In this document: piece by piece, positions 53,387-62,782 of the stretch
Numbering within the stretch: the stretch's first letter is position 1
Layout of the letters: each line of letters starts with the position of its first letter
Translations under genes and position numbers: made by a program
The notes under the pieces: model-generated
Database searches by the model: none
What the model was told of the DNA's origin: nothing
Seen by the model: the letters and a program-made list of their open reading frames with translations, nothing else
Assembly (NCBI GenBank): GCA_963845145.1
Contig: CAWJQU010000005.1
Span: 928,001-992,000 of the forward strand
Origin: an uncultured delta proteobacterium
GTDB taxonomy: Bacteria > Desulfobacterota > Desulfobacteria > Desulfobacterales > QNYZ01
Length of the DNA: 64,000 nucleotides
Direction: 5' to 3'

Positions 53387-55459
53387 TTATACCGATATTC
53401 CGATACGATATCCATCCGCGATGGCTTCTTTAATGGTGCCTGGAGACGCACCATCTCCGATGAGATAAATCTCCGGTATCTTTTTGGACAGATCTTTTTT
53501 AATCATGCTATCCAATTGTAACGGTTTAGCCAGAGCAATGGTATCATAAGTGATTGATTCACGAACCTTGCCATGTCGAAAGTGGACAACCTTTTTACCA
53601 ACACGTTCAATGGTCACACGCGTTCGTGTCTTCACACCAAAGCGCTCCATTTTCGCCAGAAAAATGGCTTTGGCGGTGGGCCCCAAATCTGACAACAGCG
53701 CATCCCCGGCTCCCAGAACCGTCACGTCGCGGCCAGCGCAGGCAAGGGCTATGCTCAGTTCTCCCCCAGCAAAACCGCTGCCGATAATAATCAGTTTCCT
53801 TCCCACAGGAAAAGGGACGCGCAATAAAAACCTGAGCAATTTTGGATGATAATACCGTGAAACAATGACGCCGGCGGCTTTCCAGAGCAACGATGCCACA
53901 ACGCCCTTGCCGGGAGGTATCTGTCCGTTTAATAGTTTTAGAATATCATGGGCGCTGATGATTTTTTGACCGGCCTTAGCGATGTTTTTGGGAACATTGG
54001 CAGGTCTTCCGCCGCTGGCTGCTACGGCTACATCAAAGGTTTCTTCAGCCAAAACCTTGAGGGCATCTTTACCCAGTTTCAAAAGAATGTTGGGGTGTTG
54101 CATTTTTCGTTCGAAATACCCGATTAACCCTTCCAACTCGGGGTTAAGGACGCTTCCCAGCAGTATCGCGCCGCCCAATCGTCGATTTTTCTCACAAAGG
54201 GTGACATGGTGGCCCCGCATGGCGGCCGTATGGGCGGCGGTCATACCCGCCGGTCCGCCACCTACAATCAATATTTTTTTAGGAGATAAGGCCATGCCCG
54301 GTTCAGGAGAGGTTTCGTGGCCAGCCCTGGGGTTAACCGTGCATTCGATGATCTTTTCCACACGGACATTGTCAATACATCTTAAGCATACCACACAAGG
54401 GGTGATACGGTGCGGTTGACCTTGTTTAACCTTGTTGGGGATTTCCGGGTCGGCGATCAGGGCTTTACCCATCGCTACCAGATCGGCGGTTCCGGAATCG
54501 ATAAGGTCCAACGCGTTTTGAGCCGAAATTCGGCCCACGGCAATGACCGGGATGTCAACCGCCGTTTTTATTTTTCCGGCCAGTTCCACCAAACCCGACT
54601 CGGCAATGGGGCGTTCGTGAATGGGTGCCGGAGCGCCATCATAGTCCACATAAACATGAACGGCATGAATGCCGGTAGCGGCAACGATAGCGGCAACTTT
54701 TCGGCTCTCTGAAGGTGTGATGCCGTTTTCAATCCGTGGATCTTCGCGGCTGTTGAAACGACATAAAATCGCCATTTTTTCACCAACGGCGGCAACGACG
54801 GCCGAAAGCACTTCCGTTAGCAACCGGGTTCGATTTTCCATACTGCCGCCGTACGCGTCATCGCGGATATTGTAGGCGCGCGAAATAAATTGACCGAGAA
54901 TACCACCGGTCGTAGCACTGATTTCAACACCGTCAAAACCGGCTTTAGATGCTAATTGGGCGGCGGATACATATGCCGAGGTTAACGCTTTCAGGGTATT
55001 CGGTTGTGCGGGTATGGGCATGTCCAGGCCTGGGGTGGGGATCGATGAGGGTGCGATAGGCGGTCCGCCGGTTAGTTGCGTCGAAGCGTTTTTACCGCCA
55101 TGGTGCAGCTGAATGAAAGCGGCGGCGCCATGCTCGTGGATCGCATCGGCCAAATTTTGAAGCCCGGGTAAATATTGTTCCCCACAGATCGCCAATTGAT
55201 GCAGATCGAAGCGTCCGCTTATGTCCACATAAGCAGGTTCAACAATAATCATACCGACCCCGCCCCTGGACCTCACCGAATGAAAGGCCAGATGACCGTC
55301 GGTCACAGACCCGTCTTTTGTGCCGAAATTAGTCAGCATGGCCGGCATCACGATGCGGTTTCGCAGGGTAATCGGGCCCAGCGTATAAGGTTGGAACAAA
55401 AGACGGTTTGAAAGTGTTGCCATGCGGTTTTTAGTCATCGGTTCAGTCTCGCATTTCAT
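53387..55459 (-). CDS. NADH:flavin oxidoreductase (OYE/2,4-dienoyl-CoA-reductase-like; FMN, 4Fe-4S, FAD); start uncertain
   Basis: LRNRIVMPAM, QLHHGG, YGGSMENR, CVVCLRC...CTVNP, GGGPAG. Confidence 0.9.
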   Translation of the reverse strand: MKCETEPMTKNRMATLSNRLLFQPYTLGPITLRNRIVMPAMLTNFGTKDGSVTDGHLAFHSVRSRGGVGMIIVEPAYVDISGRFDLHQLAICGEQYLPGLQNLADAIHEHGAAAFIQLHHGGKNASTQLTGGPPIAPSSIPTPGLDMPIPAQPNTLKALTSAYVSAAQLASKAGFDGVEISATTGGILGQFISRAYNIRDDAYGGSMENRTRLLTEVLSAVVAAVGEKMAILCRFNSREDPRIENGITPSESRKVAAIVAATGIHAVHVYVDYDGAPAPIHERPIAESGLVELAGKIKTAVDIPVIAVGRISAQNALDLIDSGTADLVAMGKALIADPEIPNKVKQGQPHRITPCVVCLRCIDNVRVEKIIECTVNPRAGHETSPEPGMALSPKKILIVGGGPAGMTAAHTAAMRGHHVTLCEKNRRLGGAILLGSVLNPELEGLIGYFERKMQHPNILLKLGKDALKVLAEETFDVAVAASGGRPANVPKNIAKAGQKIISAHDILKLLNGQIPPGKGVVASLLWKAAGVIVSRYYHPKLLRFLLRVPFPVGRKLIIIGSGFAGGELSIALACAGRDVTVLGAGDALLSDLGPTAKAIFLAKMERFGVKTRTRVTIERVGKKVVHFRHGKVRESITYDTIALAKPLQLDSMIKKDLSKKIPEIYLIGDGASPGTIKEAIADGYRIGISV

Positions 55460-55469
55460 GGTAACTCGT

Positions 55470-56645
55470 TTACAGGCATCCCAATTCGACAATGGGTTTG
55501 TTTTCTAGCAGACGTGCGGGGCTGAAAATGGACAAATCAAGGGTAGGTGTCAACGCTAAAATTAGTTCCGATATATATCGGCCAACGGCCGGGGATTGCT
55601 GCAATCCGTGTCCTGAAAACCCATTGGCCAGATAGAAACCTTTCAACCGGGGCCATTCGCCCAACAGGGCATTCCAGTCAAACGTGTTGATAGCATAAAG
55701 TCCGGCCCATCCTCTTAACAGTTTAAGGGTATCAAAAGCCGGCACTACTTCTGCCAGTTGCGGCCAGAGAATATCCATGAACTTTTTTTCATCCCAGGAG
55801 AGATCATAACCAATCGGATCACCCTGGGGGGAGTCTCCGGCCAGGATCAGTGAATCTCCGGTTTCGGTTCTGAAAATGATGCCGTTGGGCCAGACGGTGA
55901 GGGGTAGGGGGTGCTCCGGTTTTGTCTTTGTGTCCAAACAGTATACCTGTTTTTGGGTGGGCTCAATGGGCAGATCGACGCCTGCTGTGGCGGCGATATC
56001 GGCGGCCCAGGCCCCGGCGCAATTGACGATAATACTCGCCGCTAGGGTTTCACCCGTCGCTAGGGAGACACTCTGGACCCGTCCATTGGCGGTAAGTATT
56101 GCCTTAACCTCTCCGGTAATATAGCGCACCCCCATGGACTTGGATTTGGCCTTGTACCCGTTTAAAAATGAATACCCATCTAGATGACCGTCATCGCGAC
56201 CGAAGGTTCCTGCAACAATACCATCGACATTGTAAAGGGGGTACCGGTTTTTAATTTCGGCCGGCGACAACCACTCCACGGCGCAATCCAATCGTTTTTG
56301 AAGGTTGTAAGAACCTTCGGCTGTCTGAACATCTTGGGCGTCGTAGAGAAATAGATTACCCTCCTTGCGCCAGGATATGAAGGGCTTTTCATCATCAACA
56401 CGCATGTCCTCTTCAAATGTTTTCAGGACGTTCACGGTGTGCTTCGATATCCGAACATTCTCCTCGAGTGAAAAATTCGTTCGGACATTGGCCATGGACA
56501 AAGTGGAAGACGCCTTTGAGTAAGTCGGGTCCTTTTCTACCACGGCAAGTCGCAGGGATTTATCTTGAGCCATCAAGTGGTAAGCTGTGGAACATCCCAT
56601 CAAACCGCCACCGATAATGATAACATCATAGGCCGGCTGTATCAT
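55470..56645 (-). CDS. FAD-dependent amine/amino-acid oxidoreductase (DAO/sarcosine-oxidase-beta-like)
   Basis: IIGGGLMG, VNCAGAWA, WAGLY, NGFSGHGLQQSPAVG. Confidence 0.9.
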   Translation of the reverse strand: MIQPAYDVIIIGGGLMGCSTAYHLMAQDKSLRLAVVEKDPTYSKASSTLSMANVRTNFSLEENVRISKHTVNVLKTFEEDMRVDDEKPFISWRKEGNLFLYDAQDVQTAEGSYNLQKRLDCAVEWLSPAEIKNRYPLYNVDGIVAGTFGRDDGHLDGYSFLNGYKAKSKSMGVRYITGEVKAILTANGRVQSVSLATGETLAASIIVNCAGAWAADIAATAGVDLPIEPTQKQVYCLDTKTKPEHPLPLTVWPNGIIFRTETGDSLILAGDSPQGDPIGYDLSWDEKKFMDILWPQLAEVVPAFDTLKLLRGWAGLYAINTFDWNALLGEWPRLKGFYLANGFSGHGLQQSPAVGRYISELILALTPTLDLSIFSPARLLENKPIVELGCL

Positions 56646-56828
56646 TTTTACTCCTTAAAAATAGATAACCCTTTTCCGCTCAATATTAGTTCCTTATGAC
56701 AATGAGAAAATCGAGCTGAGCAGGCTAACGGATATATTGGCCCAAAGACAAAATAAGGGAATCAATTGGTTGACGAATGGGGTGGTTGACTCATTGGAAA
56801 GAGATCGGCCCAATCGCTAAATCTTTAT

Positions 56829-56856
56829 TGCGGCGGGAAATGATTTTCCCGCCGCA
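56829..56856 (-). other. 12-bp hairpin just after the binding-protein stop codon
   Basis: TGCGGCGGGAAA-TGAT-TTTCCCGCCGCA. Confidence 0.65.
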
Positions 56857-56864
56857 TCCGATGC

Positions 56865-58481
56865 TTATTTTCCTTTTGCGCGAGGGGAGGTTTCATCCAC
56901 CCAAACACTATCGAGATGTTGATACATCATTTCCACGCCCACCGGTTCCATGCCGTGAACCCATGGCTGATAGGCAATGGCCGCTTTATTATAATTATAG
57001 AACCAGAAAATGGCCTCTTCCGTAAGGATATCGTTGGCAATCCGAATCAGTTCTATTTTGGTTTCTTTATCATCGACTTTATAGGCCAGATCGACGGTAC
57101 GATCAAAGCTGTCAATCTTTAAACCGGTTTCCCCCCGCTTTTTGAAACGTGGGTTTTCGGAATGGAAGCGATGCATCGACGACAGGGCTTCCGGGCCGGA
57201 GTTGTGACTCATAATTCCCATATCGAACTTTCCGTCCATGTAGCGTTCAATAGCTACGGCATTCTCTACACGTTCAATTTTCACATCAATATTAATCTTT
57301 TTCAAAAACGGCGTCATGGCCTCTATGACTCCTGCGCCATAGTCGCTTGAGCTGCCGCCCATTCCAACGACGGAAAATCCTTTTTCATATCCGGCCGCCT
57401 TCATCAGACCCATCGCCTTCTCAGGGTTATACTCGTATTGCCGTCCATTGACATCATATCCCGGAGTGGTCGGGCATAGAAAACCGGTGGCGGGATAGGC
57501 TTTGTTTTTGGCATATTTTTCGACAATTAGTTTCCGGTCGATGGCATAGTTGATGGCCTGTCGAACGCGCTTATCGCCAAAAGGTTTGCGACCATCCGGC
57601 AAAGTATAGTTGGGGTTGAATCGAACAGCACGGGTAAACATTTCCGCAACCTCCAATATATTTTTGGAAAGGTCGGGATTTTTTGAATAGTGAGCATATT
57701 GATCTGAATTTAATAAATTCGCATCTAACTCCTGGTTTTGAAACGCCATATCGCGTGCGGACGAATCCGCACCGATTTTGAATACAACTTCATCCAGATA
57801 AGGTTTGCCCGACACATAAAAGTCCGGGTTTTTTTCTAAAATGATTTCACTGCCCTTAACCCAGCTCTTAAATTTGAACGGGCCACAACCCACAGGAACG
57901 GACCCAAAATCTTCTTTTTCCGCCGCCTCTTTGGGAACAATGGCAACACCCGGACGCCACAGTTCCATACCGGGATCGATGACCTCCTTAAACGTAAGTT
58001 GTACGGTCATCTCATCGATCTTTTTTACACCGGAAACAGATTGTGTTTGGCCGTCTATTCTTTCCTTGGCCCCTTCGACCATCATAATCAGATGCGAACA
58101 AGCTAGTTTTTTATCGGGGTCTGCCAATCGGTTGTACGAATATACCACGTCATCCGCGGTTACCTTGCGGCCATTATGAAATTTTGCATTCTTTAAGGTG
58201 TAGGTATAGGTCTTTTTATCTTCCGAAATCTTCACACTATCGGCCAACTCTAGTTTATACGTGCTGTTGGCTGAATCCCACCCATATAGTCCGCGATGGA
58301 TATTCAAAAATACGAGAATATTTTTATCGTCATTGGTATTGTGGGGGTCCAGTGTATCCACGGATATCCCATAGGGGGCGATCCAGACAAATGTCCCACC
58401 GGGTCTTTGAGCCAGCGCACCGGTGCTCATAAAACTTAAACAAATGGCCAATAATAAAAAACCAATCCCGAACTTACGCAT
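56865..58481 (-). CDS. Family-5 (peptide/nickel-type) ABC substrate-binding protein
   Basis: Signal peptide, TLDPH, KFHNG...VTADDV, PVGCGPF, RVRQAINYAIDR; GGAGA SD before ATG 58481. Confidence 0.92.
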   Translation of the reverse strand: MRKFGIGFLLLAICLSFMSTGALAQRPGGTFVWIAPYGISVDTLDPHNTNDDKNILVFLNIHRGLYGWDSANSTYKLELADSVKISEDKKTYTYTLKNAKFHNGRKVTADDVVYSYNRLADPDKKLACSHLIMMVEGAKERIDGQTQSVSGVKKIDEMTVQLTFKEVIDPGMELWRPGVAIVPKEAAEKEDFGSVPVGCGPFKFKSWVKGSEIILEKNPDFYVSGKPYLDEVVFKIGADSSARDMAFQNQELDANLLNSDQYAHYSKNPDLSKNILEVAEMFTRAVRFNPNYTLPDGRKPFGDKRVRQAINYAIDRKLIVEKYAKNKAYPATGFLCPTTPGYDVNGRQYEYNPEKAMGLMKAAGYEKGFSVVGMGGSSSDYGAGVIEAMTPFLKKINIDVKIERVENAVAIERYMDGKFDMGIMSHNSGPEALSSMHRFHSENPRFKKRGETGLKIDSFDRTVDLAYKVDDKETKIELIRIANDILTEEAIFWFYNYNKAAIAYQPWVHGMEPVGVEMMYQHLDSVWVDETSPRAKGK

Positions 58482-58629
58482 AATCTCTCCTTTTCCATGG
58501 GTTGGGTAAGTGATTTTCGAAACCATTTGAAAGTCCGCGGTTATTTCGAGCCGAGGCCGTTAAGTTATCGATACAACCAGCAGTTTCGGGTGGTTTCAGA
58601 TGGGCGACAACACTTACGTCAAGAATGAA

Positions 58630-58646
58630 TATTCATATAAAGAATA
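58630..58646. promoter_or_regulatory. Candidate operator, copy 1 (TATTC-N7-GAATA)
   Basis: TATTCATATAAAGAATA; 16/17 identical to the reverse complement of 59170-59186. Confidence 0.65.
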
Positions 58647-58825
58647 AATTAGTTTATGTAAACAAAAAAATATTCCATACGATGGAGAGAAGAGGCTAGG
58701 GATGGATTGATGCCGCCCGGATGGGGCGGCACCATCGTGGCCTTACGGGTGCAAAGATTGCGATTCGTATCGTTGGGCCGGATTGAAAAAGGCGGCTCTG
58801 CGCCTAAGGAGTACCGTAACTGAGA

Positions 58826-59137
58826 TTAACCGGCCATTCGTTCTACTTTAAAAATGACCGGACGAAGCCCATCCGTGCAGCAAGTCACCATAGTGTTCGG
58901 TGCCTTCATCCATTCCCGATCAAATCCGCCGCCCTGGGCGAGGGTGAAAAGGACCTTATGAATATCATTCCAGGCCCAGCTGCAAAATCCTTCGGGTTGT
59001 TGGCCCATTTGGCAGGTGATTTCTTCGCCATCGGCGAATTTGGAACATGGGCCAGGATCGACCTGACAGTATGTGTCTACCAATTCGGGGTAATAGGTTC
59101 GCTTTAGAACCGTGATTTTAAAATCTCCGGCTGCCAT
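58826..59137 (-). CDS. TIGR04076-family Cys-rich protein
   Basis: KITVLKR, PC, PEGFCSWAW, CCTDGLRPVIFKVER; AGGAGG SD. Confidence 0.88.
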   Translation of the reverse strand: MAAGDFKITVLKRTYYPELVDTYCQVDPGPCSKFADGEEITCQMGQQPEGFCSWAWNDIHKVLFTLAQGGGFDREWMKAPNTMVTCCTDGLRPVIFKVERMAG

Positions 59138-59169
59138 TATCTTCCTCCTTTATGTGAGTGCAAATACAA

Positions 59170-59186
59170 TATTCTTTAAATGAATA
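59170..59186. promoter_or_regulatory. Candidate operator, copy 2 (TATTC-N7-GAATA)
   Basis: TATTCTTTAAATGAATA, 33 bp upstream of the TIGR04076-like start. Confidence 0.65.
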
Positions 59187-59238
59187 TTATTTGATGGGGT
59201 TTGGCAAGAAATATTTTTCGAGACTAAAGCGGCAGCTA

Positions 59239-60402
59239 TTATGATTCGGACAACGCTTGCACCAAATCCCATGTCTTGGCGGGGATGTGACCGCTTTGGA
59301 CCATTTGGGTGATTGCTCTTCGCGATGCATCGCGCCACGGTATTGGGTTGGTTTGAAGGTAGACTGCCTCGTAGGTGGTCATGTTGGCCGTTTCGTTTTC
59401 AACTTCCATGCGTGGCGCCAGCTCACTGAAATAATCGCCGGTTTCGTCACAGGCATCGCGAAGGGCCTTCTGAATTGTGGGGGGTATGGAGAGATATTTG
59501 ATTTCGTTGACTCCCACGGCAAGAACGGGGGGAACATCTCCCAGGCGGGTCACGTAGCGTCCATGCTTGCAAAATCCCATTGGATAGAGATGGGATTTAT
59601 GACTGGGCAAAATGTCGAAGTCATGATTATCCCAAGCAGCCTTAACGTTTGGCCAGTGTATGATGACCGGTTCGGCTCCCATCAATTCCCAGAATTTGGC
59701 CACAAGTGGGATATCGAAGGTCCGAACCCGAAGACCCTTGATGTCATCGGGGTGAAGAATGGGTTTGGTGGACACCAATACCCGTTCGATTCCCCGATGC
59801 CAATTCCATTGGCGGTTCAGGATTCGAATACCTTGGGATTGAATGGCCGAAACGCCTTCATTTTCAAAGTATTTCGATCTCAAGTAAGCGTATAAGTGCG
59901 CGGTTGAATTGAAAACGAATGGCAGTCCTGTCAGACTGACGGCGCTGGTGAATGTTTGATAGAAAATCAACTCTTCGATGAATATATCGATCACACCCTC
60001 TCGAAGCAGTTTCACCTGGTCTTGGCTGGAATCGGTACCCGTAGCCCGAAGGGAATGAATGGACATTTTACCATCGGTCAGTTGTTGAACGCGAGCGGCA
60101 AACCATTCCAGCGCCCTGTTTTCAGGTCCGGCCACCGCATCATTGGTTCCCAATACCCGTGGAATTTCCTCTTCCCGTTGCAGAAAATAAGCGGCAGGTC
60201 GATCCAGAACGCGGCATAGCTTGATCAAGGTGTTTACGGAGATCGCCGTTTTTCCATTTTCAATCTTGGACAGTTGGCTCTGCGAGATACCGATATTCGC
60301 ACTCAAATCAACCGATCGAAGGTTTATGGCTTTGCGAAGCTCCTTGATTCGGTTGCCGATATCACGTTGGAGTTCCAGCTTTTCAGGATCTAATCGTTTC
60401 AT
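59239..60402 (-). CDS. XRE-family HTH fused to a TRAP DctP-like solute-binding domain
   Basis: IGNRIKELRK...GISQSQLSKIENGK, then LTDGKMSI, LPFVF, KPILHPDDIKGLRVR, LMGAEPV. No signal peptide. Confidence 0.88.
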   Translation of the reverse strand: MKRLDPEKLELQRDIGNRIKELRKAINLRSVDLSANIGISQSQLSKIENGKTAISVNTLIKLCRVLDRPAAYFLQREEEIPRVLGTNDAVAGPENRALEWFAARVQQLTDGKMSIHSLRATGTDSSQDQVKLLREGVIDIFIEELIFYQTFTSAVSLTGLPFVFNSTAHLYAYLRSKYFENEGVSAIQSQGIRILNRQWNWHRGIERVLVSTKPILHPDDIKGLRVRTFDIPLVAKFWELMGAEPVIIHWPNVKAAWDNHDFDILPSHKSHLYPMGFCKHGRYVTRLGDVPPVLAVGVNEIKYLSIPPTIQKALRDACDETGDYFSELAPRMEVENETANMTTYEAVYLQTNPIPWRDASRRAITQMVQSGHIPAKTWDLVQALSES

Positions 60403-60735
60403 ATTCAAAGCGGTTATCCATAATATTCGCCCGTGGGCCGACCATGTTTATCTAAAACCGGTCGGTGGTCCCAAATAACCCTAAATGCCTCGGTCAGAAT
60501 CGGCATGGGCCCGGGGGAAGTATCAACTTGTTTTTTAAGGTGTCAATGAAACAAATTACGGCGAACGATAAAGATAAACACCGTTTCGGTTTTTTTGCAA
60601 CAAGCGTTATAGCGGCTTTTTGATTCCGAAACGGAATCGATACTGAGCGGCGGACAGAGTGCTCTGACAACATCATATTCGATCCTCATTTAATCATCAT
60701 GGGTCGTTCTCATTTTTTAAATGGGCGGGAACCGG

Positions 60736-60762
60736 TTAAGTTTTTTATAAAACAGCCGATAG
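60736..60762 (+). promoter_or_regulatory. Sigma28 (FliA)-type promoter
   Basis: TTAAGTTT-N11-GCCGATAG, near consensus. Confidence 0.7.
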
Positions 60763-60964
60763 GTTAAAGGGTGGTAATTTTAATGGAGGCTTTTCAAAAG
60801 GGGCGAAAAAGATGACCGTTTTAAACCCGATCGATGTCACGGGTCTACGGTGCTTGAATATCGCGTTTGTATAAGGTAATAATTGCGTGTGAAGGCCGTC
60901 AAAGATTCCTATTAAAGTTCTAAATTGAGCCACGCCTCATAAACCAGGGGGGGAAACTGCAATA

Positions 60965-62533
60965 ATGCCGGGAAGGAACAGATACAAATTTGCCATCATC
61001 ATTGCCATCATTTTTCCCATCGTCGCCCGTCTTAATTTTCATGGCGCCGGGGTCGAATACAACTATTTCCGACTTATTATGCCGACCCTTGTCGGCGCAG
61101 CAGCCGGGTTCATGGTTGGCCTTATGAAAGACAGATGGCTCGGCCTGCAAAACAATCTTCAATCCATCATCGTTGAAAAAACAGCGGCACTTAAACAAGA
61201 AATCAATATGAAACAGGTTGCTGAGGCAGAACTTCGAAAAAGCCATGATACCCTGGAGCAGGGCGTGGCAGAGCGAACGGCTGAACTGTTTAAGACAACC
61301 GAAGAACTGAAGCATGAGATAGAAGAACGACGGAAGATCGAGTTTGAGCTTCGCGAAAGTAAAAATCGTTTGAAAAAAATCTTGAACAGCATCAAGGCCG
61401 GGATCATCATTATTGATCCCGATAAACACCAAATCATTGACGCGAATTTAACCGCCCTAGAAATTATTGGTGCTTCCCGGAAAGAGGTCGTGGGTCGAAA
61501 GTGCCAACAGTTTATCTGTCCCCAAAAAACAGGGCAATGTCCGATTACCGACCTGGGGTATGATGTGGATAACTCCGAGTGCACACTTATTAACGTTAAC
61601 GCTACGCATGTACCCATTCTAAAGACGGTTGTCAAAATCAAACAAAACGGGCAAACGTTTCTGCTTGAAAGTTTCATCGATATCTCTCCGCTTAAAAAAG
61701 CGCAAATAGAATTGCAGGCGGCTAAGGAGGTGGCAGAGGCTGCAAACCATGCCAAGAGCGAATTTTTAGCCAATATGAGCCATGAATTCAGAACCCCATT
61801 GAACCATATCATTGGGTTTACCGAATTGGTGGTGGATAAGAATTTCGGCGATTTGAATCCGACCCAGGAGGAGTATTTGGGTGATGCCCTTGCCAGTAGT
61901 CAGCACCTCCTTTCCCTGGTTAACGATATTCTCGATCTGGCAAAGGTCGAGGCCGGTGGTCATGAACTCGCACTTTCTAAAATAAAATTGAAAACGCTGA
62001 TGGAAAACAGTTTGGTCATTGTTAAGGAAAAGGCGATGAATCAGGAGGTTCGGTTATCTACCCAAATCGGCAGTGTTCCGGAAACCATCCATGCTGATGA
62101 ACGCAAACTCAAACAAATCATCTATAATTTGTTGGCCAATGCGATTAAGTTTACCCCTAAGGGGGGCGCCGTCACCTTGGTGGCCGATGTCGTCGAGAAA
62201 AATGACGCTGATATGGGATTCGATCCAAGCGATACGGATCAAAGTGATACTGACCGTCGGATCGTTAAAATATCGATCAATGATACGGGGGTCGGGGTCG
62301 CTTCTGAGCACTTTGAATCCATCTTCGACCCGTTTGAGCAAGTGGAAAATACTAAAAGTAAGCGATACCAGGGGACCGGGTTGGGCTTGGCGTTATCCAA
62401 GCAGTTTGTCGAGATGCATGGCGGCCGCATTTGGGTGGAAAGTGCCGGCCTCGATAAGGGGGCGACCTTTTCTTTCACCATACCCTGCCATCCGCCGATT
62501 GATCTGTCCGGGTCCAACAGCGCCGATATTTAG
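60965..62533 (+). CDS. PAS-domain membrane-anchored histidine kinase (no receiver)
   Basis: Two short TM segments, coiled coil, PAS (GRKCQQFICP...CP), [25 protein letters not shown]. Confidence 0.94.
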   Translation: MPGRNRYKFAIIIAIIFPIVARLNFHGAGVEYNYFRLIMPTLVGAAAGFMVGLMKDRWLGLQNNLQSIIVEKTAALKQEINMKQVAEAELRKSHDTLEQGVAERTAELFKTTEELKHEIEERRKIEFELRESKNRLKKILNSIKAGIIIIDPDKHQIIDANLTALEIIGASRKEVVGRKCQQFICPQKTGQCPITDLGYDVDNSECTLINVNATHVPILKTVVKIKQNGQTFLLESFIDISPLKKAQIELQAAKEVAEAANHAKSEFLANMSHEFRTPLNHIIGFTELVVDKNFGDLNPTQEEYLGDALASSQHLLSLVNDILDLAKVEAGGHELALSKIKLKTLMENSLVIVKEKAMNQEVRLSTQIGSVPETIHADERKLKQIIYNLLANAIKFTPKGGAVTLVADVVEKNDADMGFDPSDTDQSDTDRRIVKISINDTGVGVASEHFESIFDPFEQVENTKSKRYQGTGLGLALSKQFVEMHGGRIWVESAGLDKGATFSFTIPCHPPIDLSGSNSADI

Positions 62534-62699
62534 GGTCGGCCCCACACAACCCTCGGCCTTTGGCATTGATATCGGTCTCGACTCACGACGAATCCGATCC
62601 ACGATGAATAGGTCTCCTATATTGCCGGGAGTCGTGACAGTAAGAGACGCCGCTTTGCCGTTATTTTTTTGAACTTTGAGTCGTTCGGACAATTATTAC

Positions 62700-62740
62700 A
62701 AAACGGTCTCACCCGCGCCTTGCGGGGTGAGACCGTTTTT
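62700..62740. terminator. Bidirectional intrinsic terminator
   Basis: AAAACGGTCTCACCC...GGGTGAGACCGTTTTT between convergent genes. Confidence 0.8.
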
Positions 62741-62782
62741 AGTGTGCGACACATCGTTTCAGTGCATTGTTTACTTCAGGGG

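Noticed and set aside
60800..60870. c-di-GMP-I riboswitch suggested by CACGGGTCTACGG in the kinase leader
   Set aside because: The GGCAAAC...GAAA...GACGCAAA P2 module is absent.
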